Assembly (NCBI GenBank): GCA_030704615.1
Contig: CM060733.1
Span: 51,212,001 to 51,276,000, forward strand
Reading direction: 5' to 3'
Length of the DNA: 64,000 nt
Source: Takakia lepidozioides
Taxonomy: Eukaryota > Plantae > Bryophyta
Shown: positions 1 through 11,987 of the stretch, piece after piece
Layout: every line of letters begins with the position of its first letter
Position numbering within the stretch: the stretch's first letter is position 1
Made by a program: the position numbers and the translations under genes
Notes under the pieces: model-generated
Told to the model about the DNA's origin: nothing
Seen by the model: only the letters and a program-made list of their open reading frames with translations
Databases searched by the model: none

Positions 1-3000
1 AATTCCTCCTCAGAAGAAATGGTTTCAAGGACCTCTCCTATATATCCTACCTCAATCTTCATAATAGTAATATCACAGGCATCGAAGCACTCCGGGGCAT
101 GGCCAGTTTGAAAGTCCTGGTTGTGTCATTCAACAAGATACTAAAAATCACCGGTCTCGATGATCTCAGCATGCTGGAGAGACTGGACTTGAGCTACAAT
201 TTGTTGAAGAGGATCGAGGGTTTGAGTGGTCTTAACAATCTCTTGACACTTGACCTCGCCGGCAATGAGATTTGGTGTCCAGATGACCTGGGAATTCTCC
301 AGTTGCAAGTATGAAAATGATTGCTTTGTCTCTTGGTTCTGAAACAAAGGTGTGAGTTCCTGTGATTCGGAAACTGGTCATATTTCTGCCAAGAATTGAA
401 ATGGTTAAGACTTTGACTCTCTGTTGATTCTGATGCTTGCCAGGTCCCTGGTTTGATGAACCTCAACCTGCGAAGCAATCCTTTGGTGGACGAGTTAGGC
501 TACAGGTCCCTGGTCCTACGCGCCTTGCCTTTGATTGCAGAGCTGGACTGTAATCCAGTGACGACAGGTCAAAATCTTTTTCTTTCCCTTTTGCCATCTC
601 TCTTCGAGTGGGGTCAATGCCTTCAATGGCTTTATAGACATCACTGTTCCTGCACCCCATTTACTGTGGCTTTAAGGCTAGTGTCCACTACTATTTAGTA
701 TTTCAGATACTCATGGGATCAACTCAGCTTCAATGCATGAGTATGGACCAATGCGTATCCATGTTAAAGAACTTAGCATGAATTAAGAAATTTCTGTGGT
801 GACTTTGGTATAAATTCTTTACAGAAAGCTTCACAACCATTCAGCATTCCAAGTGAGACAACAATATGCCACAATCTCATCTGTGGGTTTTGTTGCTTTG
901 GTGAATACAGAAGAACGTATCACTTCCATTCGGAACTTTTCTGCATCGCCGGCAAGTCTTTTCTCAAGCACCCCATTACTTTGCAACACCTTGCCACCCT
1001 CAGCATCAGCTGTCTCTCTGCTCTTTGATGAGAAAGACCTTGAGGATGCTCTAAATTTCACACCTGAAGTCAACCATGAAAATTTTGAGGTAAAAGTGGA
1101 AGCAAAAGGGGCTGAGCTGTCAGAGAAGGATGCAGGGGTAGCAGCACCAGCCAAGGGTGCAACTGAAGCCGTCCTGAAACATCTTGCAGATCCCTTCAGA
1201 CTGAGCCCTTACAGGCTGAACGCATTTACCAAGTTCCATAGGATAGAAACAGCATCAAAGAGACGGATTAACCACTCCACAAAGGATCTGCCTGCATGGT
1301 ATGAAGGTGTTGAGGAAGTTCACTTAGAGCGGCGGAAGCTGAGTACAATGTACTGCTTTGACAGGTTGCCAAACCTACGACGTCTGTTCCTGTCTGGAAA
1401 TGAAATCTCAGTAATTGAGGGCTTGGAAAAGTGCACCATGCTGGAAGAGCTCATCCTGGAAGATAATCTCATAAAGCAGGTGCAAACAAGCAGATTGTGT
1501 GCATATTTCTTGGATTGATCATTTGCAAAGTATGACTAGCTGCACACAAGAATGGTTAAGGTGACCTTAAATTACTTGTTTCAGAACAACCTAGCTGTGC
1601 TGCTTTTGGTAATAGCTTTGAACCCTCCACAAATCGGTGGAAGTCATCACAAAAGGGTCTGGTACAGAGCTTCCGTATGGGACCCTTCCGTAATGTGGAT
1701 GCGTGATGCTTACAGAAAATAAACCTACAGCACTTATCAGGGATGTGGCTTTTGGAGATTTCTCTCCTTGATGTAATGTTGGCACTGCAAGTTCTGAGAA
1801 GGAATAACTTCCTCTATGAGAAGCTGGCATGCAGGTTACAGGGCTAATGAGCCTGCAAGCACTGTGGAGGCTAGATCTTGGCCGCAATCAGCTCACCTCG
1901 TGTGTAGAGATCGGCAACTTTGCCTCCATCGAGCAGCTCTCCATTGACGGCAATAACATTGGTTCCCTGAAGGTACGCCACCACAATGAACCACCTCAGT
2001 TTGTTACTTTACCTCCAGCCTCCAGTCTGGTCGCTAAAGTGAGACAAAGTGATAATTATGTTCAGGACCAGTCTGCATCATGCAGTTGACGGTTATCAGA
2101 ATGTCTTGGAAATGAATCATAAATCAAATAAGAGAATGTACTCATAAGACCTTGTTTGCCGTAGCCTTGTGGCCATTGACGCCGCCCCAGTTTGAGCGGA
2201 AGACAAAGGGACAGAAACTACCTTTGTCAGGGGCTGACGCCGGTAGTATGACTTATACCTTGGATCAGACGATTGATCAGAGGTTTCCAGATATCCTCTA
2301 GAAATCCCTTCACACAAGCATCAATCTGCTGTGTGTGATTTGTCCAATAAGTAGGCCCCAAAAGGGCCTGGGCTTTTGGCTCAGCCTCAAGATTAATCAA
2401 ATAACAGAATACAGGAAGGAGAAGAAATGAAAAGAAATGGAACTTTATAACGTCCGCAGAAAGCTCAAAGAGCTTTTGGGACAGAAGGGAAGCAAGAAAC
2501 AAGAAAGAATTAAAGACAGAGCGAAGCCAGAAGCAGCCCAAACGCAACTACTGCTGAAGGGATTGTCTAAGGGTCAAAGCTTCATGCAGAAAAGCTGCCA
2601 AGCATTTCTGGTCCTCATAATGGAAGACTTCAGTGAGAGATTGGGTGTCACGGAACAGACAGTGGAATCTGCCACGGATCTCATAGTAAAGTGGCAGCAA
2701 AAGAAGAAGTGCTCTTCAGGTTTGATGCAATGGTTCGGGCCAGTGCAAGCTGGGCATAGGCGGTCTTCTCGTTGCAAGTTTTCCCATCTACCAGTCTTTA
2801 TCCGTAAATTGTGGGAGCCCACCCTGAATTGCCCCAATGCCTTCTGAAGAGAGGGAGATAAAGGTGCAGATAAGTAATTTGGCCGCAAGATTCTATCATC
2901 ATGGAGAACTAAGAATGTCTCTCGGTAGAAATGGAGTTTTGTTGCTAGAGTGGCCGGCTTCCATGTTCGCCTGACATGGAGTTCCATAAGTTCTCTTCTA

Positions 3001-6000
3001 ATGAGTCTGTTGCGATCATGTTTGGACGTGATCTCCGCCCCTTCTGTATTTTGTCGCAATAGGGGAGCAACAGAGCGTCCATTGCGCTAAAAAAAACTGC
3101 ACACCCGAGCATACCAAGAAGGCTTGAAACCTGCTGTATGGAGCCTGATAGATGTTCTGAGGGCCCTTGCTGTGAGCCCTGTGGGGTTCAGGGCTTGTAA
3201 CCTTCTAAGAAAAATTGTAAGCCGGAAGAGGGCCTCGGTCTGAACGGGCACGCATGCAAACTCCGCACATAGAATGTGTGATAGAGTTGTAACCTGAGCA
3301 CCAAGCATTGTTTGGAAAGACAAGCGCATAAAAGAAAGGAAGGATCCTCTTTTAGTCATGTAGGACATGTCTTGTAATCTTATTAGGATATGCTTATAAA
3401 TCTTTTGGGAATTAATATTGATTCCAGATGATTTGACTGAAAGGTGAGCATTGAGAGTACAATTTCAAAATAAGAGAGCAGGCTTCACTTTCCAAATTGC
3501 CAAATTCCTGTGCTCAAATGCAAGTTGACTTTGGGTGAAGGAACCAACCATCCTTCCCATGACTACTGCAAACAAAACATGTTACGTGTGAGAGCATCCA
3601 GGGGCTGGAGGGGTTGGTGTGTTTGATGGAGCTGTATGCACAGAACAACAACCTACTGCAAATGGCTGAGATCAACCACATCCGTGAGTTGCCCAAGCTC
3701 ATGGTGGTCAACTTGGCAGGCAACGCGCTCGGTGAAGATAATGATTACCGGATGTACACAGTTTACTCCTTAAGAAAACTCAAGGTGATTGTTGTTTCAC
3801 CTAATGAAATTCCAACCGAGCAAATTCATCACACCCTGTACCTCTGCCTTTCTGGAAGTGCTGCGTGTATAGATGTGTGTTTCAAGTGTCTTCGTGGAAA
3901 ACCACTTCAAGGAAGGTGACTTTCTGGAAGACCCAATGCTTCTTCAAGTGATAGATGACTGCAAGCGGTAGAATAGACAGGGATCAATGTAATTTGGGAT
4001 TGAGATTGAGAGTCTATTCATAGCTATGGACAAGGGTACCCCCATGCCTTTACAGTAACATACCCCATGTGCCTAACCACACCTCAGAGGAATTGGTTTG
4101 TGCTACTGGATCTCATGAACTCCCACTCGTGCATGCTTCCAAAGAATGAAAAAATGGTAAGGATGGTGTAGGTTCTGGACGGAATGAATGTGGAAAGCAG
4201 TGAGCTAGCAGAGGCACGGAACAAGTACACAGGTCGCCTCACACGTGAACTGCTTGAAGAGTGCATTGGCCACAATCAAATCAGTACTCTAAAGGTGAGA
4301 TTGATTGTCTGGCTATCTCATGGACTGTCCTAACTCTTCCTTGCACACCCCAACCCCTTAAGGGCACTCCATCTCCAATTCCAGGCTTGGGGATCTATGA
4401 CATGCTCCTTTGTTGTTATTTATTGGGTCCTGCAGACATCTGTATGTAGTAAAGAAATTTCTTCAACTTTGGCTTGAAATTTGACTGAGGGTCTAACTTC
4501 CCCAAATCTCCTCAATCATTTCAAAGAAGTAATATTTCTGTACATGCTAAAGGTTCTGGTGGGTAGAATTCATCTGGGGACAGTCCAACCCTGCAGCTTC
4601 TCTGTTATCAAAGATCAGATTAAAGAGACTCCTACCTCCACCGATTGGAATGCATCATGAATTTATCTAGGGCTGGCTTGGTCACAAGGGTATTCACAAC
4701 AACTTCATAACAGCTTCTGGCAAGCTCCATCAAATGTTCTGAGTGACAGCCTGTCTGTTATCGTCATTTAGACTGGAAATTATGTTGATTTTACCTGTCA
4801 TTCATCACTCCATCCAATGTCAGCTTGAAGAGTTTATGCTCACTTTGAGAAATACAATCTGGCCATGGTAGGTACTTTGTTTCTCCCATCCCCAAATGCT
4901 TTGCATCTGCCAGAAGTATCATGATTGTTTGTGGACAGGTGCTGGATCTATCAGACCAGAGGATAAGGCATTGTGGGGACGTGTTTGAGAGCGCAGAGCT
5001 GCAAGGTCTGACAGAGCTTAACCTCAATGACAACATGATCTCTTCTGTCCAATCCTTCAGGTGATTTCTACATGCCTAGATGATCTGACCCTTTTGGATC
5101 AGTTATCCATTCAGAAACCTTTAATACCTACATTATGCTGAAAGGAATGCTGGTTACTTGTCCTGCAGCTTGTTTAGCTCTAAAAGTCCTACTGCAAACA
5201 AGGCAATACGAGATGTTTGATTATCAAGTGTAAGTTTAAGGAGGGTGACATGTGACAGGCTCTTTATGCCAATCTGCGTACAATATATAGTTTATTTTTT
5301 TCTTTAATTCTTTCTTTTCCACATACATGGTATATTTCCTTAGTCTCGTTTTCTTATTTTCTTACTTTCCTGAAGTGGTTTCTTCGTGTGCTTTGTCCCT
5401 GGGGCGCCCTCTGGGTGCTATCAACTTTCTTTTCTGTTGCTCAGGGTTTCCTATGGACAGTAGAGAGTTCAATCCTTTCTTTATAAAGTACCATTTCCTT
5501 TCATTTCATTTTCCCTTAGTTGGGTTCTCACCTCAGAAATCTCATTTGGAACTTTGTCATAGTTTCTCATAGAGGCTTCCAGTGGACGTAATATGGTTTA
5601 TTATACTATAAATTCCAATGCTTCTATTACTTCCTCTTCATAGAGCCAATCCCTGACACAGGTCTTGCATTAGGATCAGAGATGTCTTCATGAGGCTCTC
5701 TAACTTACAGAATTTCTCAAAATTGAATTGTAGTTTTTGGGTACTTGTTAAGAGCCTCACACTTGATTCACATAAACCAGCTCAAGCTCTTCTGGACGAG
5801 TAAGTCAATCTTGTCCCATAAGTTCTTTTTGGTTTCCGTGGATGTTATAAGGTTTCTTCTTTCTGTCTTTTCTCAACCTCTGTGCAGCATCCGAAGCTCT
5901 TTGACAATGCAAACCAACTGCCATTTCTGAACGGAAAATCTCCGTATGACCTACTCATTCTACAACATACAGCAACTGGCTGTCTATTTGAGTGTGGCAG

Positions 6001-9000
6001 TCTGATGTCGGTGGTTAGTGAGATTTGAGGATGGCTACTTGTCTTGTACCCATAGAACCAGTTCAGAAGGAATGGTTGTAAGCAGCATGTCCCTGTTTAT
6101 TCTGCATCACTTGAAGACATACATATCATCCTCTCCTTTTCTGTACTTGGAGAGAAGCTCTCTGTCGTATACCTCAGCTGTCCATTCCACCCTCACCAAA
6201 CAACAATACATTGGGAATGTGGTAACATGCATGCCCCCTCAACAGGTCCTTGACAAATCTTGAGGTGTTGCGCGTTGACAACAACAGTTTTGAGAATGGG
6301 CCATTGATTTGCTCTGCCTCTGTGTCTGCAAGCCTGAGTCCTGCAAGGTCATCACCCTATCCTGTGGGTGAGGAAGAAAGGCACGGAAACACAATAGATG
6401 CTGTAGCGAGTACTTCAGAGGCTGGATTGGAATCTCTTGAGGTACTTCATGATGAGGCCTACCCCAAATGTACTTTTCCCAAAAACATTGTTGCAACTGG
6501 CCTCAAGTAGCTCAGTGCAGTGGTTCAACTGAGTGTTGCTCCATAATCTACCACTGTTTGCAACAATGTGTGATGTGAATTATCTCGAAATTGCAGTTGA
6601 GGACAGAATTCAAAGTCACAAAAATGTTGGAAAGACTCCCTACAAAATCCTCAGTACACTCACTGCTGTCTGTCTAGGCAGGAAGTGAAAGAGAAAATGG
6701 GAAAGTAGAGAGAAATCAACAGAATGGAATGGTGATTTATAATGACCGTGGAAAGAAAGAAAGAGAAAGAAAGTTGCCCCAAATATGTCTGAAGTAACAA
6801 ATCCTGAAGTACCATAATGCGACATATAATGTATATCAAGGATCCGTCCCTCCTTAAAACTTAATATCGGAGCCAAATGTCTAGGACAATTGCACATCTT
6901 GTGAAAATAGTTGTTTTTCAAAGTCCAAGAGCTGCCATTCAAGCAACATACAAATGTGAACAAAGGGATTATGCTGCAGGTTCTCCAGATGGGCGGGAAC
7001 AACATCACCAGCATCTTCTCCTTGCATCTCTCTTGCTTCTCCAAACTCAAGTTTCTCTCCCTCCAGGACAACAAAATTACTAAGGTTCGAAAACCCTAAG
7101 CAGGCTTTCCTGAATTGGTGCAATTAGTGTTTCTCACCAAAGTTCCTTGCAACCCAGGATTAGCCTGAACTGGGCATATTGCTACAGTCACATCTCACAC
7201 CTAAGCGGAACTAACCTAAAGGACATTATTTTGTTCAAGGGGGTCTAAACCAGTGTTGGGCGGGTATATGAATATACCCTGATATACCCGGCGGGTATAT
7301 CAGGGTATATTGATATATATATATACCTGGTGTGGCAAGTTTAGGGTACCCGGATGTATACCCTTATATCAACGTATATTTTTATGATATACCCTTATCC
7401 TTAAATTTACCCTGCATCAAGACGCTTAATATACCCTACTTTTCTGAAGGGTATATGTTAAAATGAAGGGTATATCTAATCAGGGTATATAAGGGCCTTT
7501 ATGTGCCTTCATAGCCTTTGTGTGCTAGGTCTCTTCTCTTTTTGTTGTGTTGTTAGGGAGCCTTGAGGTATAAGAAAGCTCCAATCACAACTAAAACAAA
7601 TGCTACATATATGTCATTCCTAAAATGTCATATAACTCCTCAGATCTCGCATATATATATATAAAGAAACATGACAGCCCACAATTCAGGCCCTTGAGGA
7701 GGGGAAAAATTAACCCCCTTTCATTTATGGGCCATGAGACCTACGGGGCGATCAACGCCCAGACATACTGTCATGAATAATCCCCCATACGGGGCAGGGC
7801 AGCGGGTTCGAACCCCGAACCACCAGAGCGACACACACTGTGCACTTACCAGCTCACTGGCTACCAGCCGATGTGCCTCTTTTTTTTTTTTTTTTTTTTG
7901 GAAAGGGGAGGTAGCCCTTGAGAACTTTATTAAAAATTATTGAAGGGAAAAATTAAACCCTTAGATGCCCGTAGGCCGCCTTATTTTGAATCTCAAACCT
8001 CAGAGGAGTCCTCCATCTTGCATTGGAAGTTAACACCAAAATATTATGCAATATCTTATCAATTTTCTCTTTTACCATAGATTATTTTTTGTGTTTTGTA
8101 CATATTGAAGAACAAAAAAGAAGAGAAAAAAGAAAACATCATATATTCTTTAAAACATTAAACTATATATAAATTGAAATAACTATCCATACCCCGAAAC
8201 TATTCATACCGTCAGGGTATATTTTGGCATATATATCCATACCTGGGGGTTATATAGAAAAATGAAAAGTTAATTTACCCATACCCAGAGGGTAAATAAG
8301 TTTTTGAGATTTCAATTTATCCCTACCCGGAGGGTAAATGATTTGACAAAAATAATTTACTTATACCCTAAGGGTATATTGAAATCATATACCCGCGCAA
8401 CACTGGATCCTACCCAGCTTCTTACCCAAATAAGATACTTGCTGCACACTGTAGACTCATACAACAACCAGTACACCAGAATTTGAGTTATGAGATGCCC
8501 TCAGAAGATTGGAATTGTGTGGGTCCAAGGGTTTTCTATTGGAAAATATTCTCCAAGAAACACTAAGCTTTCAACTGAATAGAGCCTCCATGTTCTTGTT
8601 AACAGTAATGTTGCAACCTGGGCCATAACAACGCAATCTGTGGCCTGGTGACGACTTTTGAGGTTGGAGGCCATGTGACCATGCAGGTGGATGGTTTGGA
8701 AGGGCTACACAATGTTGAGCAACTGTTTTTGAACCATAACTGCATCAAAGAGCTGGAGCCCCTCTCCTTTGCAGGTCTTGAAAGTCTGCGCGTGCTGCAC
8801 ATTGGCGACAATGCCCTTAAAACACTGGCGCATCTAGGAGTTTTATCTGCACTGGAGAGTTTAGACCTCACGGCCAACCTCCTCACCCCTAACCGACTGG
8901 GTGGCCTTTCCAGCATCGATAACCTGTCTTCGCTTCCCCACTTGATAAAGCTCTGGTTGACCAACAATCCGGTATTCCTCCCTGCTGTACGGCTGAGTTT

Positions 9001-10781
9001 TCAAGTTCTAACAACTTTAAGAGGGCAATTCCTCCTTACTGTACGCCTGAGTTTTCAAGTTCTAACAAGTTTTAGAGGGCAATTTTAGGTCCCTTTCCTG
9101 CTAAAATGTGACTACTCAAGCACCAGACAAAGTTGGCAAGAACTCAGCATTAGGCTCCCAACAAGTGAGTGGTCATCCCTATGGGTGTGCAGTCACGGAA
9201 GGATCCCATATGATACTCCCTGAACTAGTTGATAGAGCGGCCTAGTTAACCTGTTTAAGAGGGTTGGACTAAGGTCATTCACTGAGGACTACAGAAGATC
9301 CGGGTAAGGGATAGACAATATTCAGCAAGACAATGTGGCAAGGTCTCGTCTCTTCTGCTTATGCAAAATTCCAAGCCGAAAATCTTGTAATGAAATCAGA
9401 CACGGCCACAAGCTCCATTCTGAAAAGGGTACTAATTGTCTCTTGTATCTTCAACTGGAGGGGATGCAGATGAGCCGGCAGAACCAGTATCGAATTGCGG
9501 TGATCAGTAGGCTTGAACACCTTCAACAACTGGATGGTCGTGATGTCAGTGAGGTTTGTCCACTCTATCATCTCATTTGTGCCCCAGGGAAAACTTGGAG
9601 GTCTTCTGTTCAATGGTAGGGACTATTTGTTTGTGGGAAGTTGGGAGAAAGTACACCTATTACTTTGATTACACAACAGGAGTAGATGAATTGATCACAA
9701 GGGATTCCACTTATTCTGGAAACATCAATATAGAGTGCCAAATCGCATGTAAAAGCAATGGACAGAAGTGGTCTTCAGAGTTCCCTCCAAATATTTGATA
9801 GAGCATCTTCCCGACCCAAGATATCAATCCCTTTCAAGTCTTTTCTAGCCACGAGGGTGGAGACCTTAAAGCCCCAATGAGTACTGCTACTGCTATTTTA
9901 GCCCAATGATGATAAATGTGGCTGTTTGCACTGCAAAAGGACAAACAATCCATTGAAACTAAAGAAATGAAATAAAATGAATGGTACTTTATAATGTCCG
10001 TGGAAACCTCAAAGAGCGTATGGGACAAAACAAAAGAAGAAAGAAAGCAAGGACTGTATAGCATCCACAGGAAGCCCAGAGAGCTTATTTAACAAGACCG
10101 TAGAGAGTGAAACACAGAAAAGAGAGATGGTTGCGTGGCAAGATGAATCTCCTGTTAGATCCGTCAGGGACTAAATAAGCAAGGGAAGAAAGTTTGGTAG
10201 CTCTATACAGATTGCAAGGCTTCAATTGTACACCAGCTGCTGCATCCGGCCCACAACATGAATAACTGCTGCTTTGTGTCATCTATTTCCTTGCATTTCA
10301 GGAAGAGCGACATGAAGCGGAAATGTATCTGATGGGGGCCAAAGAGCCCACCATGCTTGTTTTGGACCCAAATGTTTTGTTTGACAGCCTACCCAACTCT
10401 CTGACAGTGACCAGTCACATTAAAGTCCCTCTCAAAATTATGTCCTTAAATTTTGATACCCTGTGTGCCTCACAAGCACCAGTCATGGCTAACGTGCCAG
10501 GAAATGGTACCCGGGGGCCCCATAGTCACAGCCACGGGGCTCAAGCAAGCTCACACAATCATGGAGGGGGCCAGGTTGCTTGCCATAATGGCGGGCAGCC
10601 CAGGCATTGTGAGCTATTGGATTTGAAGCATGCAACCAGTGGTGGCACACTGCACCGGTATGCAGAGATGGGGTCGCTCTTCCAAAAGAGGAGCAGCCGT
10701 GGGGAAAACAAGGTGTTTGTAGTTCCATTCCAAAACTTCTTGAAGAACATTAGCCCCAGCAAAGACCGAACGCATGTATGA
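1..10781 (+). CDS. LRRC9: Leucine-rich repeat-containing protein 9-like (ciliary LRR protein); 5' end lies outside the window
   Basis: In-frame GT-AG exons read at about <1-308, 444-567, 911-1479, 1835-1972, 3602-3784, 4172-4294, 4939-5060, 6246-6441, 6980-7084, 8687-8971, 9470-9553 and 10302-10781 (TGA). Many SDS22-type LRRs (LxxLxLsxNxIxxIeGL) and LRRcap motifs (YRxxVxxxLxxLxxLDG). The segment YRMYTVYSLRKLKVLDG...ARNKYTGRLTRELLEECIGH resembles LRRC9. Confidence 0.8.
2132..2394 (-). mobile_element. 5'-truncated non-LTR retroelement, family B (RTE/RTEX-like ORF2 C-terminus plus 3' UTR)
   Basis: Near-identical to 11528-11796 and 47893-47994. Flanked by direct repeat AATCAAATAA (2122-2131 and 2395-2404; 16 bp with one mismatch). 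Minus strand encodes LEAEPKAQALLGPTYW...VKGFLEDIWK. Confidence 0.8.
2420..3370 (-). mobile_element. 5'-truncated, decayed LINE, family A (ORF2 C-terminal zinc-finger region, RTEX/L2-like) with degenerate (CATTT)n tail
   Basis: ORFs 3087-3368 and 2574-3059 are in the same frame, split by one TAG. Motif LGQFRVGSHNLRIKTGRW...RLCPAC...EEHFFFCC is the typical C-terminal CCHC region of LINE ORF2. Confidence 0.8.
5390..5515 (+). mobile_element. Family A LINE 3' end fragment
   Basis: Ends TTTATAAAGTACCATTTCCTTTCATTTCATTTT, matching the 3' end and tail of the copies at 2420-2460 and 9960-10000 in the opposite orientation. Confidence 0.55.
5770..5870 (+). mobile_element. Family A LINE 3' UTR fragment
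   Basis: TTGTCCCATAAGTTCTTTTTGGTTTCCGTGGATGTTATAAGG is the reverse-complement homolog of 9985-10030 and 2440-2485. Confidence 0.55.
6700..6775 (-). mobile_element. Short family A LINE 3' terminus
   Basis: GAATGGAATGGTGATTTATAATGACCGTGGAAAG matches 9975-10005. Confidence 0.45.
7251..8405. mobile_element. Non-autonomous hAT-like DNA transposon (MITE) in an LRRC9 intron
   Basis: 21-bp terminal inverted repeats CAGTGTTG(G/C)GCGGGTATATGA with one mismatch. Many subterminal GGGTATAT/ATACCC motifs at both ends. An 8-bp TSD is not clearly preserved. Confidence 0.8.
7650..7960 (-). mobile_element. tRNA-derived SINE(s) nested inside the hAT-like MITE
   Basis: Minus strand has an A-box-like TAGCCAGTGAGCTGG and a B-box GGTTCGAACCC (7804-7815). 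Body resembles 29560-29690. The adjacent poly(A) (T-run ~7879-7899) is the tail of a second SINE 3' end like those at ~29420 and ~29720. Confidence 0.65.
8985..9086. repeat. Tandem duplication, ~54-bp unit x2
   Basis: CTGTACG(G/C)CTGAGTTTTCAAGTTCTAACAA...AGAGGGCAATT occurs twice, just after the exon ending at 8971. Confidence 0.85.
9950..10200 (-). mobile_element. Family A LINE 3' fragment
   Basis: AAATGAATGGTACTTTATAATGTCCGTGGAAACCTCAAAGAGCGTATGGGACA aligns with 2433-2485. Confidence 0.65.
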
Positions 10782-11527
10782 TCTTCCTCATTGCATTCCA
10801 ATATGCGCTCCTATGATAGGTGGATTGCCTCTCATGGAATGTCCTGCGTACTATTTTCACATTTACTGTTAACTGGTTCGGCATGTAGTCTCTACGAATA
10901 TTTTTGTCTAAACGAATTTAGCCCAAAGCACAGATCCAACTAAAAGCTTCACCACATTGACATCATTATCTCATAGTCAATTCTCTTTGGCACCCAAGGG
11001 TCGCTTCAAAGTGGCCTTTGCATGGATATGAAGATGGGTTGCAACAGACCTTGGACACCAGGCATCCCCTGGGATCGCAGATAGTCACCTACCTCAAATA
11101 CCTTCCTCTACTGCTCATGACCAGTTGAGCATCTCAAGGAGGATTCAAGAGTCATAGTAAAATGGATGAGCTCCGAACGAAGCGCCAGAAGAGACCTACG
11201 CCGAAATACTTTTTGCAGAAGGCTGTGGGGTTAACTTCTGGTAACACAAGGGGTCATAATCCATGAACTTTCTCCCTTTCTCTGTAAAGCAAATGAAATG
11301 AAATGGTTATAAAGCACCATTTCATTTCATTTCATTTCATTTCAGTTGGCTTTCGCTCCCACCAGAGACACATGTAGCCTTTCCTACTGCTTTGCAGCCC
11401 TGATCTGTCTCTCATGACTTTCACCCATCTCACTCTGTGCTTGAGTCTAATAAAAAACAAGGCTTAAAGAGTACAGAGAAAGAAGTCTTGTAGAATCTGT
11501 AGTACACTTCATCTCTATAAGTCTTTG

Positions 11528-11796
11528 TGTAAAAGTGCCTGAACCTGTCTACCAACTTTGAAAGTCTCGAGGCTGAGCCAAAAGCCCAGGCCCTTTTGGG
11601 GCCTAGTTATTGGGCCAACCACAGACAGCAGATTGATGCTTGTGTGAAGGGATTTGTAGAGGATATCTGGAAAACTCGGATCTTGTCTGTTTGAAGGTAA
11701 GTCAGTCAGCCCCTGATAAAGGTAGTTTCTGTCCCTAAAACTGAGCGTGAGGTCAATGGCCACAAGGCTTCGGCAAACAGCGTCTTATGAGTACAT
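11528..11796 (+). mobile_element. 5'-truncated non-LTR retroelement, family B
   Basis: Perfect 14-bp TSD TCTATAAGTCTTTG (11514-11527 and 11797-11810). Encodes ESLEAEPKAQALLGPSYWANHRQQIDACVKGFVEDIWKTR, then the shared 3' UTR ending CTTATGAGTACAT(TCT). Confidence 0.85.
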
Positions 11797-11987
11797 TCTA
11801 TAAGTCTTTGACAAGGTCTGTTCATTTTCTTGGAACCCAACTAGCGCATTTGAGCAAGTCCTTCACCAGTCTGGTACAGGATTTACAAATTGCCTAATTG
11901 GCAGAATACAATATTCCTAAGTACCCTCTGTTTCCCCATACAGAAGGGGAAAATGTACACAGCTACAACAGTATTTAGGACGCAGAA

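Noticed and set aside
11760-11796. Possible hammerhead ribozyme in the family B 3' UTR (GCAAAC...GTC...CTTATGAG)
   Set aside because: Both core motifs deviate (CTTATGA versus CTGANGA, CAAA versus GAAA) and the required three stems cannot be drawn.
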